Source: a bacterium
GTDB lineage: Bacteria > UBA8248
Direction: 5' to 3'
DNA length: 64,000 nucleotides
NCBI GenBank assembly: GCA_965207065.1
Contig: OZ242260.1
Location: 1,824,001 to 1,888,000, forward strand
Every line of letters begins with the position of its first letter. Within the stretch, counting starts at the first letter, position 1. The notes under the pieces were generated by a model. The model saw nothing but the letters and a program-made list of their open reading frames with translations, was not told the DNA's origin and searched no databases. Positions 38,647-47,673 of this stretch are shown here, in pieces. Position numbers and translations under genes: made by a program.

Positions 38647-39549
38647 CTAGGGATTCTCCAGTAATGCCGGGTCGATGACCTTGCGCGCGTCTTCTTCGGA
38701 CCAGGATTCGCGGTGAAAAGGCGTATCTGCGAAATCGCGGCCCTGATCCATCGGGCAGAGCGCGATGCATGTGCTGCAGGCATGCGGCGGGCTGTCGGTG
38801 TAGGAGAGGCCTTTGGCCGCCATGATGAGGGGCTTGCCCCGGAACAGTTTCCTGAAGTGGGTGAGGGCTTTTTCCGGCGCGACCAGGTCCGGCCGTATGA
38901 CCATACAGCGGTAGTGATCGACGGTACCGTCGCCCGGGAGCGCGTTCGCGGGGCAGGCTTCGACGCAGCGAAAGCCGCATTCACGGCAGAACTCAGGCAC
39001 AACGCCGTACTGGTTGGGCGGGTCGGGCTGGAGGCGCGCCTCGGTGAGTACCGCGCCCAGGCGGACGCGCGAGCCGTACTTGGGCGTGATGAGGCAATTG
39101 TTGGCTCCGATATGCCCGAGGCCGGCCTTGACCGCCGCGAGCCGCAAGTCGAAGGAGCCTTGCAGGAAGACTTTGGGATCCGGCTCTTCTTCTTCCACGC
39201 GGAAGCTCGTGATATCGCGCCCGCATGGCGTGGCGCCCGAGAGCCAGCCCGCGTCTTCGAGATGAAGCGAGAGGCGGTAGCAGGCTTCGTTCAGGAAATT
39301 CTCGGGGATGTATTCGCCGAATTCCATCGCACCGATGCTGGGATAGGGCGTGGCGGCGGCGAAGGGGATGCGCTTGGCGATCACGACGACGCTGTTCGCC
39401 ATGTTGAACAAGTCTCTGGGTCGGCAGCCGGGAGCGGCTTCCGCGAAATCCTCCGCCGATGCGACCCCCGCGAGGTCAGCCCCCAGTTCACGGGCGAGGC
39501 GCTTAACCTCTTGATTATCAATGGGTTTTCGGGCCTCGGTTCGGCTCAT
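38647..39549 (-). CDS. QueG/RdhA-like 2x[4Fe-4S] (probably cobalamin-binding) oxidoreductase, paralog 1
   Basis: LGADLAGVA, AAVKAGLGHIG.N, YGSRVRLGAVLT, CRECGFRCVEACP, CSTCIALCP; start set at MSRTEA (39549), alternative 39639. Confidence 0.75.
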   Translation of the reverse strand: MSRTEARKPIDNQEVKRLARELGADLAGVASAEDFAEAAPGCRPRDLFNMANSVVVIAKRIPFAAATPYPSIGAMEFGEYIPENFLNEACYRLSLHLEDAGWLSGATPCGRDITSFRVEEEEPDPKVFLQGSFDLRLAAVKAGLGHIGANNCLITPKYGSRVRLGAVLTEARLQPDPPNQYGVVPEFCRECGFRCVEACPANALPGDGTVDHYRCMVIRPDLVAPEKALTHFRKLFRGKPLIMAAKGLSYTDSPPHACSTCIALCPMDQGRDFADTPFHRESWSEEDARKVIDPALLENP

Positions 39550-40173
39550 GAGAAACCTCGGGTTTTCGCCGTCGGCATCTGTTCGGTGACGTGGAGTTCT
39601 CGTCCTCTCGCGGAATCCATTTTGCCCTGAAGGGTTCATTCGAGAGGATGTGATGAATCTATCACAGCGCCGCGATGAGGCAAAATCGTTTCAAACGGGT
39701 CGTTCGGCGGCCGTCAGGTGCGTGATGCGCATTTCCCCGCAATTGCGGTCATCGCGCGGGACGCGGGCCATGGCAGAATTCCCCTGCGCTCGAATGCACC
39801 GGGCGTCATTTCCCCCCAAATAAATATTCAGAAATTTATCGAAAAACCCCGTGAATTTATCTGAATTTATCGAATTTTACGGAAATTATTATTTGCATTA
39901 TGCGCCTTCTGCGTTTCGCCCGGGCGGCGGCCCGGTTCCTGCGGGCAGCGCCCCTTCCGCCGCCTGAAAAAACGAAGGCCGACGGACGGCCTCTCCAGCA
40001 TACCCCGTCGACGCGAAAGTCCCCCGGCGGCAAATGCGGGGAATTGCGGGGTCAAACGCGATTGATGAATGAGTGTTTGACGCGACGGAGGAAGGAGGGT
40101 TTGTGGCCCGAGAGAAGAGGGTCTGTGATTCTGGATGCCTCTCTCTTCCGTAGGGGAGAGTGCGTAGTCAACC

Positions 40174-40422
40174 CCGACCGATAAGGGAGGGGTTGCCGAC
40201 CGATAAGGGAGGGGTTGCCGACCGATGAGGGAGGAGCCGCCCCCGCGCGCCGTCTTCCCGCCCGTCATGCCGGAGCCCTTTCATCCGGCATCCGGCGTCT
40301 TTGCGAATGAGAAGAGACGCGACCCGGCGATTGGGAACCGCGCGGCGGACGAGGAATGGCGTACGGATGTCTTTCCCGCCCCTGGCGAACCCTCATCGGT
40401 CGGGTTCTGCCTCCCTCATCGG
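40174..40422. repeat. 22-bp tandem repeat with downstream inverted copies
   Basis: CCGACCGATAAGGGAGGGGTTG x2 plus a third variant (40174-40239); inverted partial copies CCTCATCGGTCGGG...CCTCCCTCATCGG at 40390-40422. Confidence 0.8.
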
Positions 40423-40643
40423 GTCTGTTGAAAAACCCCTCATCCCGAGTAGGCGCGCTTGCGCGCCGTATCGAGGGACGGACGCAATCCCTCACTGTTC
40501 AATCGGGATTGACCCTTCGATACAAACACTCCTTTCTCAGTCGCGTTTGACCTTCGGCGGCTACTCAGGGTGAGGGCGATACGGCGGCCTGGCGGGGCGA
40601 GGGGAACACGCCCGCTACTGAAACGGAGTTTTTCAACAACCCC
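40421..40643. mobile_element. MITE-like element with REP-like cargo
   Basis: Terminal inverted repeats GGGTCTGTTGAAAAAC / GTTTTTCAACAACCCC; internal GAGTAG..GTATCGAGGG / CCCTTCGATAC..CTACTC; no target duplication seen. Confidence 0.55.
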
Positions 40644-40763
40644 TCCCCGGCCGGGTTCGACCCCCGCCATTGACACCGCATCCCCTGCGTGAAAGCATCG
40701 CGGGAAACATCATCAACCAAGCGGGCGTTGTTCGCCTCCCGCCTCTCGATAAGGAGAGCAAGA

Positions 40764-41360
40764 ATGATACGGTGTATCAGTCGGTGTGCGGCGGTGATCT
40801 GTCTGGCGGTTTTTCTTGCGTGCGCGTTCGCTCTGAACACGGCGCAAGCCGCCGGGAAAGACGTCGTATTTGTGAAAGCGTTTTATCCCCTCGATGAGCC
40901 GAGGTTTCACTGCATCGACATCCCCGGTCACCGGGACCGCGTGAGAACCACCGCCGCCCTCGTCGTGCACACCTGCAAGGAGGGCATCTGGAACCTGGAC
41001 GGGCAGTTCGACCCCGCTTCTGTCAGGAAGGGCATGCTCCGGATGCCCGAATACGGCCTGTGCGTCGCCGCGGCCGCAGCCAAAGACGGCGCGAAGCTCG
41101 CCCTCAAAAAATGCGACGGCTCGACCCTCCAGACCTGGCGCTTTGATAACTACCGCTTAAGCTTGAAGGCGCATCCCGACAAGTGCATCACCATCGGCCC
41201 GGAACCCTCCCGGCTCACGCGGGGCGGACGCAGGCTCCCGAGCCGCCACATGGCGCGCTCCCTCGCCCTCGGGACGTGTTCGGAAGAATTTTTGGAAAGA
41301 CAACTCTGGCGGATGGAAAAGCCCATGAAGCGCACCGGCTCCATCATGCCGTTCAAGTAA
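40764..41360 (+). CDS. Exported ricin-type beta-trefoil-like protein
   Basis: RBS AAGGAG, signal peptide (AQA), HCIDI, LCV..LKKCD..QTW, KCITI..QLW (QxW repeats). Confidence 0.65.
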   Translation: MIRCISRCAAVICLAVFLACAFALNTAQAAGKDVVFVKAFYPLDEPRFHCIDIPGHRDRVRTTAALVVHTCKEGIWNLDGQFDPASVRKGMLRMPEYGLCVAAAAAKDGAKLALKKCDGSTLQTWRFDNYRLSLKAHPDKCITIGPEPSRLTRGGRRLPSRHMARSLALGTCSEEFLERQLWRMEKPMKRTGSIMPFK

Positions 41361-41509
41361 GGGCGAGGCGCTTCCACTTCATCTCGGGCCGGCGTGGGTG
41401 ACAGGTCGCGACCTGTCCCTGCCATATGATGCGAAGCTCTTCATTCAGTTGATTTCCCGATGTCACGAAGAGGAGGACTCACGCCATGTTTTTCCGCAAA
41501 AACACGTCC

Positions 41510-43861
41510 ATGAACAAACTATCCGCTTTGGCCTTAACGGCGCTCCTGGCGCTCGGGCCGGCGGGCTGCGGCGGAGGCGGCGGAGGCGGCGCCCCGCCCG
41601 CCGTGATGCCGCAACCCACGCACTTCGAGCGGAATGCGGTCGATCTCCAATCCCACCCCAACGGCGCCGGGAACGTCGCGTCGCTCGCCTGGGAAAACGT
41701 GTACCTCCCCACGCGGCCGGGCGTGCGCCAGCGTCTTCTGCTTGCCAGGGCGTCGAACGCGGGAACCAAGGCGGTGATTCTTTTTCCGGGCGGCAACGGA
41801 ACGCCGATTTCGTATGATGAAGGTGCAAGCCTCAGGTTTGTCGATAATTTTCTGGTGAGGAGTTCACCGCTCTTCGCCAATGAGGGCTTCATTACGGCGG
41901 TCGTCGAGTCACCCTCGGACAGGCCTGAAGGACCGCAGGGCGGCAGAGACGGCGGCATGACCGACGCTTTCAGGCAATCGTCGATGCACCTCACGGACAT
42001 ACGTGCTGCCGTGGATTTTCTGGTGAGCGAGGGTGCGCGCGAAATTTACTTGATCGGTACGAGCAGGGGCACGCTCTCCGTCGCGTATCTGGCGACCGTG
42101 ATGACGCACGCGAACGTCGCGGGCTACGTCCTCACGGCGAGTCTGGCCGAGAGCCCGCCGGCCGTCAGGTCTTATGCGCGTCGAATTACAGCCCCCGTCT
42201 TGATGGCGCATCACACGAGCGATGTGTGCCGGGTAACAAGGTACGCCGACGCGCTGGCTATATTCGATACCATCCCGGCAAGCACGCGCAAGGATTTCAT
42301 CTCGGTAAGCGGAGGGAGTCCACCGATAGACACGAACCCCTGCCGGGCATTGGCCGCGCACGGGTTCCTGGGCAAGGAGCGCGAGACGGTGGTGGGCATC
42401 GTCGAGTGGATGAACACGGGAACGGTCACGGAGACGAACCTGCTCACGGACGAGGATGCGCCCGCGCCGCACGAGGCGTGGCTCGCGCGCTTTGGGCGGG
42501 CGGCGGCGGAGCACGTCACCGAGGCGATTGGCGACAGGATGCGCGGCGCGCCGAGCACGCGCGTAACCCTGGGCGGTCAGGATATCGAATTGGCAGGTTC
42601 CCCCCTCCCTTTGGCGGAGGCGGATTCCGGCATGCGCCTCGCGGAGGGTCTGCTCCATGAGCGGAACGGGGAGAACGCGCTATCGCGCGAGATATCGATG
42701 AGCGAGTTGCTGCTCGCGAGTTCCTTTCACCTGGCTTCTGCGGAAGGGGCGGATGCCGGCGGGGGCTGGTCGTTCTGGGGCGGCGCCGCGCGTTCGAGCT
42801 TCGACGCGAAGGAGGGCGCGCTTGCGCTGGACGGCGACGTCACGACCGGGACGCTGGGCTTCGACTTCGAACGGGAGCGGTGGCTGGCAGGCGTCGCGCT
42901 GTCGCGCAGCGCGGGCGATGGCGGGTTCAATATGGGCGGAGCTTGCGCTTCGGACTGCAGCGGCGATCTGGAGAGCACCCTCACGGGCGTGTATCCCTAT
43001 GCGCGTTATCGCTTCGGCGAGCGCCTGTCGGCCTGGGGAATACTAGGCCACGGGCGCGGCGATCTGGCCCTCGGGGCGGCGGGAAGAAGTTCCGTCGAGA
43101 CTGACATCGAGATGAACATGGCGGCTGTCGGGGGGCGCGGGGTTCTGCTGCCCGCCTCGAAGGAGGGCGGTATCGAACTCGCGCTTCGCTCGGACGCGCT
43201 GATGACGTGGACGAGTTCCGATGAGACGGAAAGTCTCGCCGAGGCCGAGGTGGAGACGAGCCGCCTGCGGCTCGCGCTCGAAGCCTCGCGTGAAATCGGG
43301 CTCGCCTCGGGTGCGCGCCTCACGCCCTCGCTCGAGGTAGGTCTGCGCTACGACGGCGGCGACGCCGAGACGGGAGGCGGCGTCGAGGTCGGCGGGGGGC
43401 TGCGCTACGCGGTTTCGGGCTTCGCAGTACAGGTGAACGCCCGGGGCCTGCTGGCGCATGCAGACGGCGATTATGAGGAATGGGGTGTGAGCGGCTCGGT
43501 GCTTCTCGCACCGGGCGAAGGGGGACGCGGGTTGTCCATGCGTATGGGTTCGTCCTGGGGCGCCCCGGCGGGCGGAGCGGACGGGCTCTGGGCCGGGCGC
43601 AGCGCGGCGGGCCTCATCGGAAACGGGGAATTCGACCCGGGCGCGCGCCTCGACGCGGAGGTGGGCTACGGTCTGGACGGCATGGGCGGCCTCCTCACCC
43701 CCTACGGCGGTGCGTCGGTTTCCGAGACGGCGCAGTCCTACCGCGTGGGCGGGCGCTTCAGGCTCCATGAGCGTTTGAGCATGAGCCTGGAGGGTGAGCG
43801 CCGCGAGGGTGTGGATGACGTTGACCACGGCCTGGCGCTTCGCGGCTCCCTGCGCTGGTAG
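41510..43861 (+). CDS. Autotransporter-like protein: lipoprotein signal, alpha/beta-hydrolase passenger, C-terminal beta-barrel
   Basis: Lipobox-like PAGC followed by poly-Gly; GTSRG nucleophile, AHGF; WLARFGR linker helix; amphipathic strands ending LRGSLRW. Confidence 0.78.
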   Translation: MNKLSALALTALLALGPAGCGGGGGGGAPPAVMPQPTHFERNAVDLQSHPNGAGNVASLAWENVYLPTRPGVRQRLLLARASNAGTKAVILFPGGNGTPISYDEGASLRFVDNFLVRSSPLFANEGFITAVVESPSDRPEGPQGGRDGGMTDAFRQSSMHLTDIRAAVDFLVSEGAREIYLIGTSRGTLSVAYLATVMTHANVAGYVLTASLAESPPAVRSYARRITAPVLMAHHTSDVCRVTRYADALAIFDTIPASTRKDFISVSGGSPPIDTNPCRALAAHGFLGKERETVVGIVEWMNTGTVTETNLLTDEDAPAPHEAWLARFGRAAAEHVTEAIGDRMRGAPSTRVTLGGQDIELAGSPLPLAEADSGMRLAEGLLHERNGENALSREISMSELLLASSFHLASAEGADAGGGWSFWGGAARSSFDAKEGALALDGDVTTGTLGFDFERERWLAGVALSRSAGDGGFNMGGACASDCSGDLESTLTGVYPYARYRFGERLSAWGILGHGRGDLALGAAGRSSVETDIEMNMAAVGGRGVLLPASKEGGIELALRSDALMTWTSSDETESLAEAEVETSRLRLALEASREIGLASGARLTPSLEVGLRYDGGDAETGGGVEVGGGLRYAVSGFAVQVNARGLLAHADGDYEEWGVSGSVLLAPGEGGRGLSMRMGSSWGAPAGGADGLWAGRSAAGLIGNGEFDPGARLDAEVGYGLDGMGGLLTPYGGASVSETAQSYRVGGRFRLHERLSMSLEGERREGVDDVDHGLALRGSLRW

Positions 43862-43927
43862 ATTAAACGCAAGCGGGGAGCGAGTGTTTGACGCGATTGA
43901 TGAATAAGTGTTTGACGCGTCCGTGGA

Positions 43928-44137
43928 GGGTTGTTGAAAAAGGCCCCTTTTTTGGGGATAGAGGGGGCACCCCTCTCGGCTTGAAAACCAACCCCCCCAT
44001 GTCAGGGGGGCAAGAAACAGCAAAGCACCCTCTGCCCGGCGGGGGCGTATCGCCTTTTTATTCCCCCCTGACAAGGGGGGGTAGGGGGGGTTGGTTTTAT
44101 GGGGCTTCCCTTTCAAGGGGGTTGCCTTTACCCTCTC
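43928..44137. repeat. Palindromic element family A copy 2 (core inverted relative to copy 1)
   Basis: Flanks colinear with 2921-3138; core 44011-44062 is the reverse complement of 3012-3063. Confidence 0.85.
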
Positions 44138-44184
44138 CGCCTTATCCCGAGTAGGCCTGCGAGGGCCGTATCGAGGGACGCCCC

Positions 44185-44282
44185 GTAGGGACAGGCCTCC
44201 GTGCCTGTCCTGAATCGAACTATCCAGTAAAAGGAAAACCACGGGGGGGGGCAGGACAACCCCAAGGAGGGGTTGTCCCTAC
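44185..44282. repeat. GTAG-type REP pair
   Basis: GTAGGGACAGGC..GCCTGTCC and GGACAACCCC..GGGGTTGTCCCTAC in inverted orientation. Confidence 0.7.
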
Positions 44283-44386
44283 GGGAGCCCGGCAAATATT
44301 CCCTCTTCGTCGGGATTGACGCCGGAGGGACGAACTTGAATCTAAATGGAGCGGTCATGTCGAAAAGCGTCATGCGTGAAAAGAGT

Positions 44387-45247
44387 ATGCCGGTGATGAA
44401 GTGGTTTTCGGCGGCAATGCTCGCCTGCACCCTCTTGGTCGGCGGCGGGCTTCATGCTGCGCAGATTGAACGGGAAAAAGTTGAAGTCCTGCCCTACAGT
44501 GATTTTGCGGAGGGCGCATCGCTCGCGTGGGAGGACGTATCGATTCCCACGCGGCCGGGCGTGCGCCAGCGCCTTCTGATCGCCAGGGCGGCGAACGCGG
44601 GACGCAGGGCCGTCATCCTCTTCAAGGGCGGCTCGGGTATACCGATTACTTATGACGAGGGGGAGAAACTCAAATTCGTAGACAATTTTCTGGTGAGAAG
44701 CTCTCCTCTTTTCGCCCAGGCGGGATTCGTCACGGCGGTCGTCGATGCGCCTTCAGACAGAAGCGGCGGCATGGACGATCACTTCCGCTCCTCAAAGGCG
44801 CATCATGCGGACATACGGGCCGCTGTGGATTTTCTGGTCAGCGAGGGGGCGCGCGAGGTGTTCCTGGTCGGCACAAGCAGGGGCACGGTGTCCGCCGCCT
44901 ACCTGGCGTCCGTGATGACGCACCCCAGCGTGAAAGGCTACGTTCTCACGGCGAGCGTGGATTCGATTGTCTTCGATACGGAAAAAATCGAACGTCCCGT
45001 CCTGATGGTGCATCACTCGGACGATGAATGCCGCGTCACGACCTACACCGCCGCGGTGGCCTCATACCGTGCCATCACGAAAAGCCCCCGCAAGGGTTTC
45101 ATCACAATAACCGGAGGGGATATGTCGCTCTCACACCCCTGCCGGGCGATGAGCGCGCACGGGTTCATCGGGGCCGAGCGCGAGACGGTGGCCGCCATCG
45201 TCGACTGGATGAACGGCAAGACGCCGCCCGCGAACGTGAGTCCGTAG
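44387..45247 (+). CDS. Exported alpha/beta hydrolase, paralog of the autotransporter passenger
   Basis: Signal peptide; PTRPGVRQRLL, DNFLVRSSPLFA, GTSRG, DDEC, AHGF; start 44387 or 44396. Confidence 0.82.
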   Translation: MPVMKWFSAAMLACTLLVGGGLHAAQIEREKVEVLPYSDFAEGASLAWEDVSIPTRPGVRQRLLIARAANAGRRAVILFKGGSGIPITYDEGEKLKFVDNFLVRSSPLFAQAGFVTAVVDAPSDRSGGMDDHFRSSKAHHADIRAAVDFLVSEGAREVFLVGTSRGTVSAAYLASVMTHPSVKGYVLTASVDSIVFDTEKIERPVLMVHHSDDECRVTTYTAAVASYRAITKSPRKGFITITGGDMSLSHPCRAMSAHGFIGAERETVAAIVDWMNGKTPPANVSP

Positions 45248-45278
45248 GAGGACTTTTCTCATTATATTGCTGGGGTCC

Positions 45279-45386
45279 GTAGGGACAGGCCCCTGTGCCT
45301 GTCCGGTCAAAGGGTTTTCCGTAGGGGCGGACCTGCGTGTCCGCCCGGTTGCGTCTGTGTAGGGGTGGTTCCCGAACCGCCCCTAC
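45279..45386. repeat. Cluster of three GTAG-type REPs
   Basis: GTAGGGACAGGC..CCTGTCC; GTAGGGGCGGAC..GTCCGCCC; GTAGGGGTGGTTCCCGAACCGCCCCTAC. Confidence 0.8.
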
Positions 45387-45414
45387 AGCCGGCATGCGTC
45401 CGTATCCGACAACC

Positions 45415-46239
45415 CTACCTCTTCTCCGCCGAGATGAGCCTTGCCTGCATAGGCACCTGGATGGTTCCCTCACTCTCGTATTCGCGCAGCATCCCGACCA
45501 GCGCCTCTCGAATCTTCTCTCTGGCTTCCGCCGTCTGGGAGGCGAGGCGCGAGGCCGTGCGCACGGTGGATTTCTCGAACACGTCAATGAGATGTGCGGG
45601 TTCATCCGCTCTCATGTAGAGGGTGAATCCCGTAATGTCGGGCGTGCTGAATCCCGCCGCCTCCATCACGCGCGCGCATTTCTCATCATCTTCCAGGAAG
45701 GGTTCCGGCGGGCCGGCCACGAGGGGGACGTCCGGGTCGCCGTGCTCCTTGATGGCCCGCGCCATGAGCGACCGGTGGCCCGCGTCGTGCGTCCAGGCGG
45801 TGAAGGCGAGTTTTCCGCCGGACCTGAGCACGCGCGTCGTCTCGGCCAGCGCGACTTCCGGATGAGGGAAATGGAGAAAGCCGAAGTTGCTCGCCACGGC
45901 GTCGAACCGCGCGTCCTCGAAGGGCATGTCCTCCGCGTCGCAGAGCCGGAACTCGGCCCCCGGCCAGCGGCGCGAGGCTTGGGCCAGCATGTCCGGGGCG
46001 AAATCAGCCCCCACCACGGTGCAGCCGCGCATGAGCGCTCCCGCCGAGACGACGCCCGTCCCGCAGGCCAGGTCGAGCAGGCGCGTTCCGAAATGCGCAT
46101 CCACCGCGTCGAGCAGCGAAGGAACCGCCTGTGCGGTGATGACGCCGAAGAGATCGTTGTATTCGCCCGCCGCGCCGTTCCAGCCCGTGCGCTCGAACTC
46201 GCGGAAGGCTTCGGGGTCGTACCCGGATGTTTCATTCAT
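45415..46239 (-). CDS. Class I SAM-dependent methyltransferase (UbiE/Methyltransf_11-like)
   Basis: LLDLACGTG, GADFA, DAEDMPF..FDAV, RVLRSGG. Confidence 0.88.
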   Translation of the reverse strand: MNETSGYDPEAFREFERTGWNGAAGEYNDLFGVITAQAVPSLLDAVDAHFGTRLLDLACGTGVVSAGALMRGCTVVGADFAPDMLAQASRRWPGAEFRLCDAEDMPFEDARFDAVASNFGFLHFPHPEVALAETTRVLRSGGKLAFTAWTHDAGHRSLMARAIKEHGDPDVPLVAGPPEPFLEDDEKCARVMEAAGFSTPDITGFTLYMRADEPAHLIDVFEKSTVRTASRLASQTAEAREKIREALVGMLREYESEGTIQVPMQARLISAEKR

Positions 46240-46242
46240 GTC

Positions 46243-47673
46243 TCATCTCCCGGGCGCTGCGCTTTCGTCCGACGCGACGCCGCGCGCCACCAGGTCCACG
46301 CCGTCCGTGCCGATGATCTCGCACGTGATGATCTCCCCGGGCTCCGCCTCGGTCTCGTGCAGGAACACCTCGCCGTCCACTTCCGGGGCCTGGAGCCGCG
46401 TTCGCCCGCGCAGGAGCCCCTCTCCCGTCAGCACCTCGACGAGCACCTGCGTCTCCTGGCCTGTGAGCGCCGCGTTGTCCTCGGCCATGATGCATTCCTG
46501 GAGCGCCAGCAGCCGCGCCATGCGCTCGCGCGCGAGTTCCACTGGCACCTGATCGGGCAGGCGCGCCGCGATGGAGCGGTCCTCGGGCGAGAAGACGAAT
46601 CCTCCCAGCCGGGCGAATCGCGTCTCCTCTACGAAGTCGAGCAGGCGTTCGAAATCTGCATCCGTCTCCCCCGGAAAGCCGACGAGCATGGTGGTCCTGA
46701 GCACGCAGCCGGGCACTTTTTCCTTGATGCGCGTTACGAGTTCCCGCGTCCCCGCCTCGTCTATGCCGCGCCGCATGGCGTCGAGCACGGGCGTGGCGAC
46801 GTGCTGGAGCGGCATGTCGATGTACTCGCACACCCTGGGCAATTCGCGGTAGGCGTCGAGCAGCTCGTCCGTCACCCCGCGCGGGTAGTTGTAGAGCACG
46901 CGAATCCAGTCGAGGCCGTCCACGCCGTTCAACTCCTCGAGCAGCCGTGCGAGGGAAAAGCCCAACCCCAAATCCACCCCGTAGCTTGTTATCTCCTGGG
47001 CGAGCAGGTTCACTTCGCGAACGCCCGCCTCGGCTAGCGCGCTCGCTTCTTCCACCACCAGGTCGAGCGGACGCGAGCGGAACCTGCCGCGGAACCTCGG
47101 GATCACGCAGAAGGTGCAGGGCCGCGAGCAGCCCTCGGCCACTTTCAGATACGCGCTCGGGCCCGGCTCGGCGAGGATGCGCGGCAGCCTCCTGCCGTAA
47201 TCCATCAGGGTGTCCGAGAACGCCTCGCGCGCGCCGCCGCGCTCTCCCATCAATAGAGCGGGGAGCTGGTCGTACTCGCGCGTTCCGATGAACAGGTCCA
47301 CCTCGGGCAGGCCCTGTGCAAGTTCCCCCCGGTAGCGCTCGGCCAGACAGCCCGCCACCACCAGGGTTTCGAGACCACCCGCTTCCTTTAACTGGGCGAT
47401 TTCGAGGATGGTGTCAATGGATTCGCGCTTCGCATCCTCGATGAAGCCGCACGTGTTGACGATGGCGACCTGCGCGTCTTCCGCGTCGCTCACGAGCCGG
47501 TATCCCGCGCCCGCGAGGGCGGCGAGCATGATCTCCGAATCCACCGTGTTCTTGGCGCAGCCGAGCGATATGAGCGCAGCACCCGGCGCTTCGGGTCCCA
47601 TCGGGACGGGCGCGTCGCGGCGCACGAGCGGCATCTCGGAGATGGGCTTGATTTGCAGGAGGTTCTCGCTCAT
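46243..47673 (-). CDS. rimO: Ribosomal protein S12 methylthiotransferase RimO
   Basis: SLGCAKNTVDSE, VNTCGFIEDAKRESI, AYLKVAEGCSRPCTFC, APEVDG TRAM domain; start at 47673 (ATGA overlap). Confidence 0.93.
   Translation of the reverse strand: MSENLLQIKPISEMPLVRRDAPVPMGPEAPGAALISLGCAKNTVDSEIMLAALAGAGYRLVSDAEDAQVAIVNTCGFIEDAKRESIDTILEIAQLKEAGGLETLVVAGCLAERYRGELAQGLPEVDLFIGTREYDQLPALLMGERGGAREAFSDTLMDYGRRLPRILAEPGPSAYLKVAEGCSRPCTFCVIPRFRGRFRSRPLDLVVEEASALAEAGVREVNLLAQEITSYGVDLGLGFSLARLLEELNGVDGLDWIRVLYNYPRGVTDELLDAYRELPRVCEYIDMPLQHVATPVLDAMRRGIDEAGTRELVTRIKEKVPGCVLRTTMLVGFPGETDADFERLLDFVEETRFARLGGFVFSPEDRSIAARLPDQVPVELARERMARLLALQECIMAEDNAALTGQETQVLVEVLTGEGLLRGRTRLQAPEVDGEVFLHETEAEPGEIITCEIIGTDGVDLVARGVASDESAAPGR

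Noticed and set aside
37801-39549. Respiratory reductive dehalogenases or bona fide queG
   Set aside because: No Tat signal or rdhB, proteins are short, and there is no queuosine context; left as QueG/RdhA-like
39818-39900. Replication origin
   Set aside because: No DnaA-box cluster and no dnaA, par or rep genes nearby
40174-40239. CRISPR array
   Set aside because: Repeats are contiguous with no unique spacers and there are no cas genes
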